A stretch of 64,000 bases of DNA from Podospora anserina (lineage: Eukaryota): NCBI GenBank assembly GCA_017654855.1, contig CM030336.1, positions 2,294,001 to 2,358,000 of the forward strand, in the 5' to 3' direction. The first letter of the stretch is position 1. Each line of letters starts with the position of its first letter. The notes under the pieces are model-generated. The model was not told the origin of the DNA. It worked only from the letters and a program-made list of their open reading frames with translations, and did no database searches. Shown one piece after another: positions 34,364-47,174 of this stretch. Both the position numbers and the translations under genes were made by a program.

Positions 34364-37096
34364 ATGGCTCCTCGTGGACAGGGCACCATTAAGCGGCCAG
34401 CGCTGCCGCCGCATCTTCTCAAGGAACTGGGCGCATCAGATAACCATAACCGACGAGACAATCGCACGACAGTTACGTCGAGAAAGGAGCAGCGCAAGGC
34501 GGAGCGACAGGGCAAAAGGACTGGAAGATCAGATGCGATTCGGAATCGCCAAGCGCCCGCGCCTCAGCGAAATCAGCCATCATCGTCAAAATCTCAACCT
34601 CCGAAGAAGTCTCCCGCGGCGCCTGCGAAAGCCGAACCGAAATCCGCACTGAAGAAGAATAAAAGGCCTGAGCCAGACTCTGACGAGGAGGATGAAGATG
34701 ACTTTGGGGGTTTCGATGATGAAGACGATGAGCTGTCAGATGGAATCCTAAATGAGGACTCGGACGAGGACATGGGCGATGACGGGGAGGACCACGACGA
34801 CGAAGATTCGCAAGAGGACGATGAAGATGAAGATGAGGAGGAGGACGAGGAGGACGAAGATACCCCACCACCAACAAATAAGAAGCTCTCCAAGACACTG
34901 AAGGATAAATTCGCCGAGGATGATGCCGAGATTGCAGCTCTGGAAAAGAAACTAGGGATGAAGGGCAAGAAGAAGCTACCACAGTCATTCATCGATGACG
35001 GTCTGGGTGAACTTTTGGGAGAGTTGGATGGAAATCTGGAAGATGGGGGCTCAGACAAGCGGAAGCGCAAGGCCGAGGCAGATGAGTGGCTGGCTCAGAA
35101 GAGGAGGAAGGCGGAGGCTGCTGCCGCTGCATCGACGCAGAAAAAGCGAGCACAACCGGACTCTGACGAGAGCGAGGATGGGGATAGCGACGAGGACATG
35201 GATGATATGGATGAGGATATGGATGGTTTCGGTTCTGAAGGAGATGGTTTGGACGGTGAAGAAGACGAAGAAGGAAGCGATGAGGGTGAGGAGGACGGAT
35301 TCGATGACTTTGGATCAGAGGATGAGGATATGGAAGAACCACCAGCAAAAAAGGTCCGCGAAAACCCCTATGTTGCTCCAACAACAGGGCAGACGGCAAA
35401 ATATGTCCCTCCATCACTACGCAAAGCCACAGGTTCGGAATCAGAGCTGGAGGCCCGAGTTCGTCGGCAGACACAAGGCCTTGTCAACAGGATTACTGAA
35501 GCGAACCTTTTGACCATTCTCGGCGAAATTGAGAAGCTTTACAGAGACAACGCTCGACAGCACGTCACATCCGCCCTCGTTGATTTACTCCTTATTCAGG
35601 TGTGCGATCCCACAAGCTTGCCAGACACACTCCTTATTCTCTCGGCCGGCTTTGCCTCTGCAGCCTACAAGGTGTTTGGAACGGACTTTGGAGCGCAATT
35701 GATCCAGGAGGTGGTAGAGCGCTACGACAAGTACTACGAGGAAGCTCAGGAGGCCGCACTTGGTGGGCCAGATGTACCGAAGCAAACATCAAACCTGATA
35801 ACATTCGTCTCACAGCTGTACAACTTCCAGCTGATCGGCCCAGGCTTGATATTCGACTACATTCGTACCCTTCTGGATAACCTTTCTGAGCTGAATGCTG
35901 AACTACTGCTTCGAATTGTGCGGATGTGTGGTACTACCCTCCGCACGGACGACCCAATGGCTCTCAAAGACATTGTCACGTTGATTCCAGGAGCCGTGGC
36001 GAAGCATGGCGAAAAGAACCTGACCGTTAGGACCAAGTTCATGATTGAGACCATCACAGATCTCAAAAATAACAAGCTCAAGGCTGGAGCCGGTGCGTCA
36101 GCTATTGTTTCGGAGCATACCGCCAAAATGAAGAAGACACTGGGTCAGCTCAAGGCAAGGAAACTGAAGGCGACGGAACCATTGCGCATCGGGCTGCAAG
36201 ATATCCGAGACGCTGACAAGACTGGAAAATGGTGGTTGGTTGGTGCCAGCTGGGCAGGCAAATCCAAGGATAAGAAGGATGCCAAAGAAAAGCCAGCCAC
36301 TGAAGAGCGAGAAGATGACGACAGTGACGACGAAAGTATCGTGCTAGATGACTTTGAAGAAGGTCCCGATCTTTTGGAACTGGCCAGAGAGCAAGGCATG
36401 AACACTGAGGTCCGGCGGTCCATCTTTGTCACCATCTTGTCAGCTCTCGACGTCCAAGACGCCTATATCAGGATTCTCAAACTCCGCCTCAACAAGGAAC
36501 GCCAAAGGGAGATCGCGACTGTGATCACCAAATGCGTTGGCGCTGAGAAGCACTACAACCCTTACTACACTCTCATCGCCAGAAAGGTTTGCGAGAACAT
36601 GCGTGAGGTGAAGTGGTCATTCCAGACTTGCCTCTGGAAGATGTTTGGCAGGATGGGTGAAACTGGCTTTGTGGAAGAGGACGAGGAGCTGGAAGAGGAA
36701 GAGCTCGAGGAAGAGTTCAGCACCCAAAGGTTAATCAACACAGCCAAGATGGTGGGCTCATTGATTGCGAGTGGGCATATGAGCTTGATCGCCATTAGGC
36801 GGCTGAATCTCGCCTATCTGCAAAAGAGGACACAAAACTGGATGGAGATCATGCTCAACACGCTGCTGCTGGAGTGCCAGACAGGTGAGAAGCCTGGGGA
36901 AGAGGTTATCACGAAGGTGTTTGCGGCTGTCAACACTGCCCCTGAATTTGCCATTCAGTTGCAGCACTTTTTGAAGAAGGTCACGAGAAAGACGGATCTG
37001 ACTGCAAGCAAAAAGGAGACAAAGCTGGTGAGGGAAGGGTGCAAGATGGCAGAGGCGGCACTACAAGCCGTCGTAGCAGCCGAAGAGTTGTTGTAA
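34364..37096 (+). CDS. SGD1: Nucleolar MIF4G/MA3-domain protein (Sgd1/NOM1), 40S biogenesis
   Basis: Basic and acidic N-terminus, ENPYVAP...KYVPPSLR, QGLVNRITEANL, RTKFMIETITDLKNNK, GKWWLVGASW, MNTEVRRSIF and EKHYNPYY. Confidence 0.92.
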   Translation: MAPRGQGTIKRPALPPHLLKELGASDNHNRRDNRTTVTSRKEQRKAERQGKRTGRSDAIRNRQAPAPQRNQPSSSKSQPPKKSPAAPAKAEPKSALKKNKRPEPDSDEEDEDDFGGFDDEDDELSDGILNEDSDEDMGDDGEDHDDEDSQEDDEDEDEEEDEEDEDTPPPTNKKLSKTLKDKFAEDDAEIAALEKKLGMKGKKKLPQSFIDDGLGELLGELDGNLEDGGSDKRKRKAEADEWLAQKRRKAEAAAAASTQKKRAQPDSDESEDGDSDEDMDDMDEDMDGFGSEGDGLDGEEDEEGSDEGEEDGFDDFGSEDEDMEEPPAKKVRENPYVAPTTGQTAKYVPPSLRKATGSESELEARVRRQTQGLVNRITEANLLTILGEIEKLYRDNARQHVTSALVDLLLIQVCDPTSLPDTLLILSAGFASAAYKVFGTDFGAQLIQEVVERYDKYYEEAQEAALGGPDVPKQTSNLITFVSQLYNFQLIGPGLIFDYIRTLLDNLSELNAELLLRIVRMCGTTLRTDDPMALKDIVTLIPGAVAKHGEKNLTVRTKFMIETITDLKNNKLKAGAGASAIVSEHTAKMKKTLGQLKARKLKATEPLRIGLQDIRDADKTGKWWLVGASWAGKSKDKKDAKEKPATEEREDDDSDDESIVLDDFEEGPDLLELAREQGMNTEVRRSIFVTILSALDVQDAYIRILKLRLNKERQREIATVITKCVGAEKHYNPYYTLIARKVCENMREVKWSFQTCLWKMFGRMGETGFVEEDEELEEEELEEEFSTQRLINTAKMVGSLIASGHMSLIAIRRLNLAYLQKRTQNWMEIMLNTLLLECQTGEKPGEEVITKVFAAVNTAPEFAIQLQHFLKKVTRKTDLTASKKETKLVREGCKMAEAALQAVVAAEELL

Positions 37097-37954
37097 TTTT
37101 TGACCTGTTCATGGGGTGTTGAATACCAGGATAGAAAAATCAATAATGCCAAACCAGCGGCCATCGGCTTCGGAAACACATAGGTTACCAGTGGTTACCC
37201 AGGGTATGAGTGGCTATTCTCGGGGGTATTGAGATGTTTATAAGCCAAGCGAGAATCTCATTGCAACTCTGCTATCAATTCGCTCGATAAAGCTCCGGGG
37301 CAAGATGTTGTCATCGAGCATCTCCGTGCCGCTTTCGAATGTCTATGATTAGGCATTCTACGTTCAGTTGGGCGACGTTGAGCCAGGTCGCTCCATGTTG
37401 ATTATGAAACGCTTCGCCTCACGGCCGTCGCTTCTCGACGACAGGATATATAGACCCGAGCCACGATGCCGCGAAGAATGTTAGCGGTCATGTGGCTCTG
37501 CACGTCTAACGAGGGTGGCACTTGTTGCGGGATTTGGGCGGGCGGGAACTGGCGGCTTTGTGGAGGTTTTGACAACTGACAGGACGCTTCGGGGGGTGGA
37601 AACCTGAAAATTAGCGTGCTCCCGGCTGGGCCAAGTCCCGCGAGAACCCTGGGGCCAATCCGATTTCCGGGCTGAGAGGGGGGCCCACGGGCCTCATGGA
37701 ACCCTGGAGCCCTGGGGGGAGTAGGTGTGACCCGACGGTTGGACGGAGGTGGTGACGGGGCGGAATAAGCTGGGGACATTTTTTCATGAATGCCGCCGCC
37801 AATTCCCAACAACTCCCATCTGCGACGCCCTGTCTAATCCCGCTTCCAGGTTGTCGCACTCGAACAAACAACCGCCTTCACACCCTTCACGATCCAGCGC
37901 ATCCTTCCTTTTTCCGTCCTTCTCCTTTGATTTCCCAAGTTAGCACAATCCAAG

Positions 37955-39758
37955 ATGCTGTCACAGAGATTACTACTCGGCCGGACCGCCGTCAGGTCCG
38001 CCCTCAAGCCATCAGGGTAAGCCAGCCAGCCAGCCAACCGCCCATGACGACACCGGTACCCTTTCTGCGCTGTTGCTGATCTCTCGCATCTGTAGCTCCC
38101 CAATTGCCCTTGCGAGCAGATGGTCCAGGACTTATGCTTCCCAGTCTGGTCAGTACCGACACCCACAAACCCAGGAATCTCGGTATGGCCCCGAGTGGCG
38201 CTGACAAGTTGCGCAGAGGAGAAGGATCTTGTCATCATCGGTGGTGGTGTTGCTGGCTATGTTGCCGCCATCAAGGCCGGCCAGGAGGGCATGAAGGTGC
38301 GTTGGCAGACGATACACACAGCTCGGCACTGGATCATGCGGGACAGCGGCTAACATGTACTCCCTTCCCACTCACAGGTCGCATGCATCGAGAAGCGCGG
38401 AACACTCGGCGGAACCTGCCTCAACGTCGGATGCATCCCATCAAAATCGCTCCTTAACAACTCACATCTGTACCACCAGATCCTCCACGACACAAAACAC
38501 CGTGGTATCGAGGTCGGTGATGTCAAGCTCAACCTCCAACAGCTCATGAAGGCCAAGGAGACATCCGTCACTGGTCTCACCAAGGGTGTCGAGTTCCTGC
38601 TCAAGAAGAACGGCGTCGAGTATATCAAGGGTACCGGCAGCTTCCAGGATGAGCACACCGTCAAGGTCGAGCTCAACGACGGCGGCGAGACCAGCGTCAC
38701 CGGCAAGAACATCCTCATCGCCACCGGTTCCGAGGTTACCCCCTTCCCCGGCCTTACGATTGACGAGCAGACCGTCATCAGCAGCACTGGCGCCATTGCC
38801 CTCGAGAAGGTCCCCGAGAAGCTCGTCGTCATTGGTGGTGGTATCATTGGTCTAGAGATGGCCTCCGTCTGGTCTCGCCTGGGCTCCAAGGTCACCGTTG
38901 TCGAGTACCTCGACCAGATCGGCGGTCCCGGCATGGACACCGAGGTTGCCAAGGGCATCCAGAAGATCCTGAAGAAGCAGGGCATCACCTTCAAGACCGG
39001 TACCAAGGTCCTTTCCGGCGAGAAGACTGGTGATGAGGTCAAGGTTCAGACCGAGGCTGCCAAGGGTGGCAAGGAGGAGACGGTATGTTTTGATTGTGAT
39101 TTTGAAGCTGACTAGGTCGGTATGCTGACTTTGATTATAGCTCGATGCTGACGTCGTCCTTGTTGCTATTGGTCGTCGCCCCTATACCGGCGGTCTTGGC
39201 CTTGAGAACATCGGCCTCGAGCTCGATGAGCGCGGCCGTGTCATTATCGACGCCGAGTACCGCACCAAGATCCCCCACATTCGCTGCGTCGGTGACGCCA
39301 CCTTCGGCCCCATGCTTGCGCACAAGGCTGAGGAGGAGGCTGTTGCTGTTGTCGAGTACATCAAGAAGGGCTACGGCCACGTCAACTACGGCTGCATTCC
39401 CTCCGTCATGTACACCTTCCCCGAGGTTGCGTGGGTTGGTCAGTCTGAGCAGGACCTCAAGAAGGCCGACATCCCCTACCGCGTCGGCACTTTCCCCTTC
39501 AGCGCCAACTCCCGTGCCAAGACCAACCTCGACACTGAGGGGTTCGTCAAGATTCTCGCCGACCCTGAGACCGACCGCCTTCTCGGTATCCACATCATCG
39601 GCCCCAACGCTGGTGAGATGATTGCTGAGGGCACTCTTGCGCTCGAGTATGGTGCTTCCAGCGAGGATATTGCGCGCACTTGCCACGCCCACCCTACTCT
39701 TTCTGAGGCCTTCAAGGAGGCTGCCATGGCCACCCACGCCAAGGCCATCCATTTCTAA
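37955..39758 (+). CDS. LPD1: Dihydrolipoamide dehydrogenase (E3), mitochondrial; introns 38017-38095, 38149-38216, 38297-38377, 39083-39140
   Basis: Presequence [18 protein letters not shown] motif [13 protein letters not shown], redox motif [17 protein letters not shown] motif [10 protein letters not shown] and C-terminal [15 protein letters not shown]. Confidence 0.97.
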
Positions 39759-40747
39759 GTAAGACAAAGCTTAGGGTGCTGGAAAGGAGGAGGTTTTCTT
39801 GTGTATCTGTACTGTAGTTGTGTTTTCCTCATTTCAGGCATTGGTGAATGGACTCAGCCGGGATGGTAAAGGCATTTGAAAGCAGTATTTATAATTTACC
39901 CCTGGCCGCTGTTGTTTTGTTTCGTGGTGCCGAGAAGAGAGAAAAACTTGAGCAGCATGAGGAGCAATTTTGTTTTTAGAGCAACGGCAGGTTGGATGGG
40001 AAAGGTTCATGAGGTCTATGGTTTATCTAGCGTCAAAACATAGAAGGTTGATTTCCTGTATGATGGTACTATAATGACCACAGAATACGTCAAGGGGTTG
40101 AAGTCTTATGCAGCATGATAAATAAATAGTGGCATTGACTTGTTCGTTCGTCTTACATTTTAAAGCAACCAAGCAACCAAGCAACCCTAACCCTTTCACA
40201 TATGCATGTCAAAGTTCACGGTGTGTTGTCATTTTCCTTGGCAGGAAGAGAGGAGGAGGCCGACGATCGTACCACATGTGGAAAGTGGGGGTACACGGGG
40301 GATCTCACTGGCCCGATTTCATCCATCTTTCAGGAGTCGCCAGTGGGAATTCGAACGACACGCCATTCGATATAGAAACCTCTCCCCTTTCTCTTATCTC
40401 ATTCTTTTGTCCTTGTATGCCACCCACGAACAACCTACGCATGAAAGACGAATGATCTGAATCCACTCCAGACCAATTAGAGGATTTGAGCTGGATTGAA
40501 AGGGGTTTGAAGGTATTTGGAGTTGGTGTTATTGTTGTTGTTATTGTTGGGACAAGACGACGATCAGGAAATCGTGGACGCACCAGTACCAACTACACCC
40601 CCTTGCCTCGCACCACCGGATATGGCTATTTTTTGAAGAGAGACGACGCCGGATTTTTACTTTACAAGCCTTGAGGAGCCCAGCTCTCAATTGTTTGTTT
40701 GACAAGGGACTCCCTCTATTACTCACTACACGACCACGCTGGCAACC

Positions 40748-42520
40748 ATGGCGAAATTAACCAAGGAACGCACCTACCCGCTGATGAGCCGCCGGGAGAT
40801 CGAGGCTCAGATTGCTGATGGGAGGCACATGGTTATCGTGGACGGACATGTTCTCAAGGTCGATGCCTTTATGCAGTTTCACCCTGGTGGTGACAAGGCG
40901 ATGAAGCACATGGTGGGGAGGGATGCTACGGATGAGGTCAATGGGCTTCATTCCCCTGAGGCGAGGGCGATGATGAACAAGTATCGCGTTGGAAGGATTG
41001 AAGGAAGGTGGAATAATTTCTTGCCGCCTATTCAAGGTGGTAAATTTAGGAAACGGCTTGAGGATGGGGCAATGGAGGTGGAAGAGGAGGATGATTCTGG
41101 ACGGCTGTCGGCTCCGGCGGTGACGATAACGGCAGACACACCGTCGAGCGAGCTGGAGTCTAGACCACCCTCGCCAGTGTTTGATGTTGACGGTAGTGCT
41201 TTGCGGAAGAGACAGGTGAAGGAATCAATGGGGTCGAGTGCTGCGTCGATAACCTCGGCATCGTCGCTAGAGGAGTCTCATGGTGATGGGAGTCTACCTC
41301 TCGACGGCATGGCCCACCTCGACATCCTCACACGCAAGGAGATCAAGCTTGACCTGGACAAATACCCGGCTGTTGACCAGGATACCCAAGAGGTCATCGT
41401 CGAGAAGTACCGCAAGCTCCACGACCGCATCAAGGCTGATGGGTTGTATGACTGCAACTATTACGCCTACGCCATCGAATGCTCCCGGTACATCACCTTT
41501 TTTGGCCTGATGCTGCTGTTCCTCAAGTGGAAGTGGTACATCCCCAGCGCTTTCTTCCTTGGTGTTTTCTGGCATCAGCTTGTCTTTTCCGCCCATGACG
41601 CCGGCCACATGGGGATTACGCACAATTTTCAGGTTGATACCATTATCGGGATCATCATTGCGGATTTCTTGGGAGGGCTGTCGTTGGGATGGTGGAAACG
41701 CAGTCATAACGTCCACCATATTGTGACAAATTCGCCGGAGCACGACCCCGACATCGAGCACATGCCATTTTTTGCTATTTCCCACCGTTTTTTGGCGAGT
41801 CTGAGGTCGACGTACTACGAGCGGATCATGCCGTACGATGCTGCTGCCAAGTTCTTCATTTCGATGCAGCACAACTTGTATTATGTCATCATGCTCTTTG
41901 GGAGGTTCAACCTCTACCGGTTGTCGATGGAGTATCTGATCCTCGGGCAGGGGCCGAAAAAGGGGGTGGCGGCCTGGCACCGCTGGTTCGAGTTTGCTGG
42001 ACAGGTCTTTTTCTGGTATTGGTTTGGGTACGAGCTGCTGTACAAGTCCGTCGATGGCGGTTGGAACAGGTTCTGGTTCGTGATGGTCAGCCACATGGTG
42101 ACTTGCCCGCTGCATGTGCAGATCACGCTGAGCCACTTCGCCATGTCGACGGCTGATTTGGGGGTGGATGAGAGTTTCCCGCAAAAGATGCTGCGGACGA
42201 CGATGGATGTGGATTGCCCGACCTGGCTGGACTTCTTTCACGGTGGTCTGCAGTTTCAGGCGATTCACCATTTGTTTCCGAGGATTCCGAGGCATAACCT
42301 GAGGAAGACGCAGAGGTTGGTGCAGGAGTTTTGCGATGAGGTCGGGATTCCGTATGCGCTCTTTGGGTTTGTGGATGGGAACAAGGAGGTGATTGGGAGG
42401 TTGGGGGAGGTGGCGAGGCAGGCGGCTATTTTGAAGAAGTGTCAGGGGGTTATGATTGGGGAGGGGGAGGGTGGAGGGGCATCATCATCATCATCATCAC
42501 TAAGGGGGGAAGATGAGTAG
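40748..42520 (+). CDS. SLD1: Sphingolipid delta-8 desaturase (cytochrome b5 fusion desaturase)
   Basis: N-terminal cytochrome b5 motif HPGG...GRDAT and histidine boxes HDAGH, HNVHH and QAIHHLFP. The gene is intronless. Confidence 0.9.
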   Translation: MAKLTKERTYPLMSRREIEAQIADGRHMVIVDGHVLKVDAFMQFHPGGDKAMKHMVGRDATDEVNGLHSPEARAMMNKYRVGRIEGRWNNFLPPIQGGKFRKRLEDGAMEVEEEDDSGRLSAPAVTITADTPSSELESRPPSPVFDVDGSALRKRQVKESMGSSAASITSASSLEESHGDGSLPLDGMAHLDILTRKEIKLDLDKYPAVDQDTQEVIVEKYRKLHDRIKADGLYDCNYYAYAIECSRYITFFGLMLLFLKWKWYIPSAFFLGVFWHQLVFSAHDAGHMGITHNFQVDTIIGIIIADFLGGLSLGWWKRSHNVHHIVTNSPEHDPDIEHMPFFAISHRFLASLRSTYYERIMPYDAAAKFFISMQHNLYYVIMLFGRFNLYRLSMEYLILGQGPKKGVAAWHRWFEFAGQVFFWYWFGYELLYKSVDGGWNRFWFVMVSHMVTCPLHVQITLSHFAMSTADLGVDESFPQKMLRTTMDVDCPTWLDFFHGGLQFQAIHHLFPRIPRHNLRKTQRLVQEFCDEVGIPYALFGFVDGNKEVIGRLGEVARQAAILKKCQGVMIGEGEGGGASSSSSSLRGEDE

Positions 42521-44062
42521 AAAGGGATGAGGTGTGGGAAGGAGTGTGCGGTTGTATATAGCTGGAAGGTTAGCTGTAGTGATAACCCTCAAAAGTTGAC
42601 CTTATTCTATAGACTAGAACTTTTGATTCCTCTTGGATAGGTGTGTGAAGAGTGAGGGGACATGAGGCAGTCCTTTTTGGCCCACCGTTAGATCTCTTGC
42701 GTGATTCGAACCAAGATCAAGGAATAGTCACGAGGCTCTTCCTTCTGCAAGCCAACGAGGAGCCATCCTTTTATAATGAGATCGCCGAGGTTCTTCAGGT
42801 CGCCGCTCACAGTGCGTGATAGCCAAGGGACTACTGTGATGGGGGGGGTGATGGGGGGGATTCTTGGGTTACAGAAAACGAGCCAGGGCCCTGGATCAGC
42901 CCCCCATCTTGCCGCCTCTTGCATGCAGATAATGCAGTAGCTCCAAGGGACACGGACCAAGATCCGCAGAACCCAATCCTACCCTGGTACTTGAGATTCC
43001 GACATCATGACCCGTACCCCAATTCTTGCGCGCAAGTTGGCGAGGCAAGCTGTCAGGTAATGGCGTGGTTGGCGGTGGTCGAGTGCCCTGGCTCGCTCTT
43101 ATTTGGCTGTTTCATCATGGTTCACCGAGATTTAAGAAATCGATGGAGGAAGAGCTGCTGAAGGGGGGCGTTGGTTTCCTTTGCTCCTCTAGGACAGCTA
43201 CCGTAGCTTCGGTCTCTGGTGATTAATACTCCACTCTTTTGTTTGCTTTTTTTCTTTATTTTTCTGGCCGAACGAATGAGATTCTCCGGTTCTGGTGCCG
43301 TGGGCCTTGCTGCATGTTTTCGTTCCCATCATTAAAGCCAACTGATGAGTCGGGGAGCGTGGTCGAGGTCGAACCGGCTGCCGACATTGTGCTCTCGTCA
43401 GGTTTACGAACACGGCCTGGGCAGACACCTAATAAACTAACTGACCAAAAGAAGCAACACCAATGAACAGATTGTCATAAGATGTTTCGCATCTGGGTCG
43501 AGTTTGCGAGCTGGGGGGGTGAGGGGGAAGTGTGCTCCCAGCAATCCGGAAATACAAGACTTGAAAAATGCACGTCACAGACAGTCTACCCTGTCTTTTT
43601 ACCTAAGATCCTCCCCGCGGGACTGGGGAGAAACGAGTGTAAGCATGGGTGTGAGTGATAGCGGAGGGCACTAACTACCCTGGTTACAACCGCATCTCGG
43701 TCTCCCCCGCCTCTCGCTTCTCACCAACAAACCTCGTAAGCCAAGCAGTCTCAAGTGTGAGAAGTGGTGCCATGTTGGGCCATGCCGGGGCCCTAGTTTA
43801 TGTTTTCTTTTGAGATAGTGAGAAAACACAAAAGAAATTGGCTAGATACGTCAGGACACGACATGGGTTTCACTTTGCTTGTCGATGGTTGCTTCTCGAT
43901 GGATCGATGCCGGCAGCCTTCCGCCAGTGTCCCCATGTCGTGTCGTGCATAGGCTTCATTCCACTTGTTTTTGCGGGCGTCTCCGATTGTTTATCTCTGC
44001 TTGCCCCCAGTTTTTCATTAGCCACTATCCCCGAAGGCAAACCGATTTTGATAGTCCAAGAC

Positions 44063-44098
44063 CACACACACACGCACACACACACACACACAGACACA
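44063..44098. repeat. (CA)n microsatellite, interrupted
   Basis: cacacacacacgcacacacacacacacagacacac. Confidence 0.85.
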
Positions 44099-44554
44099 CC
44101 CGGGCACACACACCATGCCACTTACCTACTCAGATGACCATTGCGATCGTTGTAACTCACTGCTACTGCTGAGGAAGAAGAAGTATATGAAAAAAAGCAA
44201 TGTGACCGAGGAATTTGGTCAGTCGTGGTACCCTGTATGAATGGGGGATATATCTTTGTGCCCTCCCTCCCTCCCTTCTCTGTCAGGTTTGAAGGGTTTT
44301 CTTGAGCAAGCAAGCTTGCGAGTTTTATTATACCTACGGTTCTTACCTACTACATACAACGAGACTGTGCTAGCAGTTCAGTTGACACTCTCAACGCCAG
44401 AAGTCTTAATCACTGCTACATCATCATCATCATCATCATCCTACCCGCCTTACACACCCGCCTACCTACATACACCCAGCCTTTTCTCCTTTTCAAATCA
44501 GCATCACCATTGTTGTATCTCACTTCCTCATTACGATTCCGCAAAGTTCTAAAG

Positions 44555-44834
44555 ATGGGTAAGAGAAAGATGGACGAAGCCGCAGCCGAGCGGATCCGGG
44601 CAGCAAGAGGTGACAAGGTGGGTGGTAGCCTCTTCCCCATTTCACTCGATGCCATGTGGATGCTCACCATGTCCAAAACAGGACCCCTTCGCCAGACGGG
44701 CAGCAACCACGGTGCGGCAAAGCAAGCAGGGCGGCGAATCATCATCGGGCAAGAAAGATGGAAGCAGCAGCAAGGATGGCAAGAGTGAGGGGAGTGGTAG
44801 CAAGGGGACTAGTTCCTCAAATTGGAGGACATAG
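44555..44834 (+). CDS. Small 71-aa hydrophilic protein (SMP/LEA-like hydrophilin candidate); intron 44618-44681
   Basis: An AAG|GTGGGT...GCTCAC...AAACAG| intron joins MGKRKMDEAAAERIRAARGDK to DPFARRAATTVRQSKQGGESSSGKKDGSSSKDGKSEGSGSKGTSSSNWRT in frame. Confidence 0.65.
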
Positions 44835-47174
44835 GTCGATGGAGGGGGTATGGGGAAGAATGTCATGAGACATGACAAGGGGTTGGTGAAAAGACATGAT
44901 GGGCTAGAATACTGAAGATTTCAAGGTTGCTGCTACTCCGAACATGCTGTTAACGTCTCCTTACAGGGAATGATATGCAGGTTGATGTGAAAGTAGATAA
45001 GATCTCTGCAAGATGATCTTACGTTTCCGATGTGTAAGAGTTTTAGTTGCTGGAACAGGTTTATGGCTATGGAAATTTGCACCACACACATTTACATTGA
45101 CAGCTGGTATCAACCACCCCCACTTGGAGGGAGCGTTCGTTGCGTGGCTACCCCGGAGCCGAGGCATTCTTTAGGAGTATCTGTATGGCTGATTCCTCGT
45201 GGAATGTTCGGAGCGTCAGCCTCCCTTGGGCGGCCTCATGCTCGTCCGAACTAGATATGTTGCTGACAACCATGAAACTCGAACGGCATGAGACATTTTC
45301 TCGCCCATGAAGAGGCTGGCTGGCTGGCTTGGCTGGATAAGGTATGATGTCTTAACAACGTGGCCATGACGGGTACAGCTGGTGGATGATAGGTCAAGCT
45401 CACAGCGTGTCGTTGCTTCTTTTCTGCCGACTGACCCCCCTGTCAGCCACGTCTCTTCACGCCCCATGTTGTTGGAGAAGGTAAAGAAGCAAATGATGAA
45501 CACAACGCGTGCCCGATAGCTTCTCTATGTGCTCGTTGAAGAGCAGAAAGTACTGGAGTGATGTAACGAGAGGTTACAGTAGACTCGAAGAAGGGGTCAG
45601 GCTTCTTTTGGTAAGCCGCAAGATGACACCCGACACATGGAAATGGCGTACATCCAGCCCTGGAGTACAACATAGGGTGGAACAACTGAGGACCGGTGAG
45701 CAAGCCATCGACCTCTTGTAGCAGCCCTTGGCTTATACAAGAATGCACAGAAGCAGAGCGAGGGTGATACCACTGCAGCCAGTCCAGCGCCCCTTCCACA
45801 TGCCCAAGAGCTTGGCATCAGATGCTGTGTCCGAGGCCAACCATCAGCGGGGACTCGATGGTGAATCGGATGGGAGTCCATACGCCCTTGAAGGGGGTGG
45901 TGGCGTACATCTGATCCTCCTAGTACAGCAAATGTGCCGGGCACACAGTGCATCGTTGAACCAGCGAGTTGTTCAGGGGACGATCCGATCTCTGAATGTC
46001 AACTCGTGCAGTGGAAGGCTACACCAGTGAAATATGCTATGAGTAACAGAACTGAATACAAGGTAGATATGCATATATAAAAGACTCGTGATACTGGTGC
46101 CATGGGTAGTTGCGTAGCGGATCTCCTAGCTATCAATCAGCATATGGTGGTGGCCTAGTTCAAGAGCAGGAGAAGCAATCATGTCCCAAGTTAAGGAATG
46201 ACACGTGCCCTAAACAAGGAGAAGATAGGTTGTCAGTGGTTGGTGGTGGTCGAGTATGTCCTCAGACGTGGGATGGGAAAGCCTTCCAACCAAATCATCA
46301 GAGGCGGACATCGTTCCACAACAGTAAAGCTACTGTTCACTGAAGCAACAGACAGTTTGTTTGGAAACCGAGTAGACAAACAAACACCTCACGTGTGAGG
46401 TCCTCGCTGCCCGCCGACCTCCTGTAGCGCTGCACTGCAGCGACGGCGAGTACCAAGATTGAAGGGCAGATGGTTGACAGAAACTGTGTTAAGAGCTCCT
46501 TACACAAGTGAAGGATGGGCACAGTGCGAAAGACTGCCTAACCCCATCAGCCCCGCCAAACGATTGCAGGCTGGATCCCTGTCCACCACGACTGTCACCT
46601 TTAACCCTCTTGGGAAACCACAGCCTCCACTCCCCGCCCCTCGAACCCTTTGAAGCAGCACTCGCGGGCAGCATCCCCGTCGAGCCTCCCACCATCCACC
46701 ACCACCAACCAACTTACACCGACCGCATCTCTGTATCGCCCATCTGTCCATCTCGCTATCTTGTCGGCATATTCCACATTTCGAGTAGAAAGGAGTCCGG
46801 TGTAGTAGTATTGCCTGATACCCTAACAGACCAAACCGCTCTGTTCGACACTCATCAAAGCCCAATCTCAGTCTCCAGTAACGGTCAAAGTTACCCCACG
46901 TCAGGAGCGGGAAGCACTCAGAGTGAACGCATTCCGTCATCGAGGCTCGGCTCGGAAGACGCCGAATTCGTCAACCACACAACAGGTCCGTCTCGGCAGA
47001 CCAAGCTTCCCATTCGGATCCGGACTCCGGGCAGACCATCCGAGTTGTGCTCCCGTGTTCACCACGTGAATCGGGCAGCCTTCTCGTCAAAGCCCCGCTC
47101 CTGGTTCATCTCCCTACAACAGCATGCCCGAGTAGCCAGGCCCCAAAGGAATCCTGTCCTCGAGAACCGGCGTG

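Noticed and set aside
38350..39767. Long antisense ORFs over LPD1 (also over PDC, the desaturase, MAPK and HAUS1)
   Set aside because: Shadow frames produced by strong codon bias of the sense genes; no independent motifs.
40183..40194. AACCCTAACCCT as a telomerase RNA template or interstitial telomere
   Set aside because: Only two repeat units in a ~1 kb intergenic gap, too short for a filamentous-fungal telomerase RNA; expected by chance.
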